From Candidatus Poribacteria bacterium (GTDB taxonomy: Bacteria; Poribacteria; WGA-4E; PCPOR2b), in contig OZ242326.1 of the NCBI GenBank assembly GCA_965208325.1, positions 3,072,001 through 3,136,000 on the forward strand: 64,000 bases of DNA, given 5' to 3'. A model generated the notes under the pieces. That model was not told the DNA's origin and did no database searches. It worked only from the letters and a program-made list of their open reading frames with translations. How positions within the stretch are numbered: position 1 is the first letter of the stretch; each line of letters begins with the position of its first letter. A program made the translations under genes and the position numbers. Shown here piece after piece: positions 62,095 to 64,000 of this stretch.

Positions 62095-64000
62095 TCACCG
62101 ATCCGGCTTGAGCATCAAGGTGTGTACGGGCGGGCCCGGCAGGAAAGCGTGAGCTTCTCCTTTCACCCAGTGCTTATGTCCATCCCTGTAATTTCGCGAC
62201 AGTGGGTGCCCCGACTGACCGCCGGGCATGTGTAATATGCCGTCTTCGTGCCGTCCCGGTGAGACGACGAATCGTTCAGACGCACCAAAGTCCGGTTTCG
62301 TGACGCGGACGCAAAACGTCCCTCCCGGTTGTAAATCTTGCGCCATGTTCAAATATTTGCCCAATACCGGGATGCGCCGCCCCAATGGATGGGTAATATC
62401 TGACGCGTTGATTCGACCCCAAGTCAGTTCATCAAGCGCAATTATATGGTATTCACGATATAACTGTTGAAGCACCTCTTCCAACTTGACGCGTATCCAC
62501 ACCTCCCAATTTGGGTAGCTGGTATCCGGAATCAGCTCGGGCACCTGCTCTGTGAGCATCATCCGAAGCGGGGGTTCGATGGTACGCCATGTAAAGACGA
62601 AGTTTTCATCCACTTCTTTACAGCGAGCCAAGAATGGCGTAAACACATCAGTCGCTAAGCGTTGGTGGAAGTGAACGAGTACACCGTAGCTGACGCTGTC
62701 CGCCGCTGCTTTACCGTTCCACGCTTCGATATGGCGGCGCACGGCTATCAGCTCTGGCGCATTCGCAAGAGCCTCGTTCGTCAACACTGAAAGCGCAAGC
62801 TGTTGGTAGAAATCGTAGAAATGGCTGGTTGTATCCAACTGTAGTTGGAGCATATCGGCTTCCGTAATTTGATCCATCTCACTTAGGCGTTCGTTGATTC
62901 GGTAGGCGCGGTAGCTGTTTGAGTAATTGTGACCGATTATATGCGGGTAGTCTTTGCCGAGCGTCCGATTGTTCGCGGTTACCAAGAATCCCGCAGGCGG
63001 ATCTATCACGCTCGGCAGCTCTTCCGGTGGTATGTAGCCTTCCCAACCGGTTTTCCCATCCGCCCAAGACTTGCTCGTAGCGCCGTCAAAGCCATTTCGA
63101 ACGGGCGTCCTGCCGCAGTAAGTCCAAGCAATCCGTCCGGTGTTGTCAGCTATGGCGGCATTAAGCGGCGGTCCTCCGGAACGATTCATGACACGAATAG
63201 CATCTTCAAGCGTGTCGGCTTCATCAATGTGTAACAAGCCGATGTCCACGGCTTGCGGCTCAAGTGCGGTCCAGTGTATCGCAACAGGTTGCCGCATCAG
63301 CGCGGTTTCGCTGACGGGACCCCAAATTGTCAGCTTAACAGGATGTTCAACCGCCGCGCCGCCTTTAACCCGAATGGTTTCGTTCACAACCTCAAATCGT
63401 TTCCAGCCAGCGGGTGTCATATACTCTTCCGGGTTTTCGGGGTTTAATTCTAAGCCGACAAGATCAAGAAAATCGCCGCTGATGTTTGTGAATCCCCACG
63501 CCACATGCCCGTTAGAACCGGCGACCACGCCGGGGACGCCCGGCATAGCCACGCCCGACATTTCAACATCGCCGTAGCGAAGTGCGGCGCGGTACCAGAT
63601 GTTCGGAACGCTAAGCCCCAGATGCATATCATTGGCAACCATGGCGCGTCCGTCGCTGGTCTTCGACTTTGCGGCAGCCCAGTTGTTCGATCCGACACGC
63701 GGCTGTATCTGAACCAACCCTGCGCTTTTGCCGGTCGGCGCGGATGCGCCGCGGACTGAAGCCAGCGCTTCAATAGGAATCGATCGGATGGGGCGATGAG
63801 AATGTTTCCCGCCCAATAAAACGGTCGTATAGTCGTCTGTATCAGGGGTCAGAAATTCCACAACCTCCGGCGGAAGCGATGCCGCCATGACGCTCAGCAT
63901 CCTTTCATCTTCCTCGCTATGCCGGGTTAAATCCTGAAATATATTCAGCATCACCAAGATGCTGTCTTCGACTGTCCAGGGTTTGGGCCGATAACGCAGG
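62095..64000 (-). CDS. Penicillin acylase family Ntn-hydrolase; 5' end lies beyond the window
   Basis: GSNNWA nucleophile site, ANDMHL, GFTN, TANN, PGGQSGHPLS; frame stays open to 64000 (LRYRPKPWTVEDS). Confidence 0.93.
   Translation of the reverse strand, partial: LRYRPKPWTVEDSILVMLNIFQDLTRHSEEDERMLSVMAASLPPEVVEFLTPDTDDYTTVLLGGKHSHRPIRSIPIEALASVRGASAPTGKSAGLVQIQPRVGSNNWAAAKSKTSDGRAMVANDMHLGLSVPNIWYRAALRYGDVEMSGVAMPGVPGVVAGSNGHVAWGFTNISGDFLDLVGLELNPENPEEYMTPAGWKRFEVVNETIRVKGGAAVEHPVKLTIWGPVSETALMRQPVAIHWTALEPQAVDIGLLHIDEADTLEDAIRVMNRSGGPPLNAAIADNTGRIAWTYCGRTPVRNGFDGATSKSWADGKTGWEGYIPPEELPSVIDPPAGFLVTANNRTLGKDYPHIIGHNYSNSYRAYRINERLSEMDQITEADMLQLQLDTTSHFYDFYQQLALSVLTNEALANAPELIAVRRHIEAWNGKAAADSVSYGVLVHFHQRLATDVFTPFLARCKEVDENFVFTWRTIEPPLRMMLTEQVPELIPDTSYPNWEVWIRVKLEEVLQQLYREYHIIALDELTWGRINASDITHPLGRRIPVLGKYLNMAQDLQPGGTFCVRVTKPDFGASERFVVSPGRHEDGILHMPGGQSGHPLSRNYRDGHKHWVKGEAHAFLPGPPVHTLMLKPDR

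Overview
Chromosomal origin region of a diderm bacterium: rpmH divergent from dnaA-dnaN-recF-dciA(DUF721)-gyrB-gyrA, with a bipartite oriC carrying DnaA boxes, DnaA-trios and an AT-rich unwinding element. The flanking accessory genes (four PhyH-like Fe(II)/2OG dioxygenases, two EutN/CcmL microcompartment vertex proteins, TPR, WD40, LRR, NHL, FG-GAP and crystallin repeat proteins, a SprA-like protein, many small palindromic repeats) suggest Candidatus Poribacteria or a similar lineage; this is inference, not a database result. No rRNA, tRNA, CRISPR array, transposase or integrase was recognised. Most notable: (1) a Cyc2-like cytochrome-porin fusion with a second CxxCH in what may be the first extracellular loop; (2) tandem ECF-sigma cassettes fused to different repeat domains (WD40, LRR), each with an internal SD/ATG at the junction, one with a 297-bp microhomology-bounded deletion; (3) PhyH-like dioxygenases interleaved with two paralogous uncharacterised ~120-aa proteins; (4) several families of REP, MITE and heptamer repeats, some contributing to protein termini.
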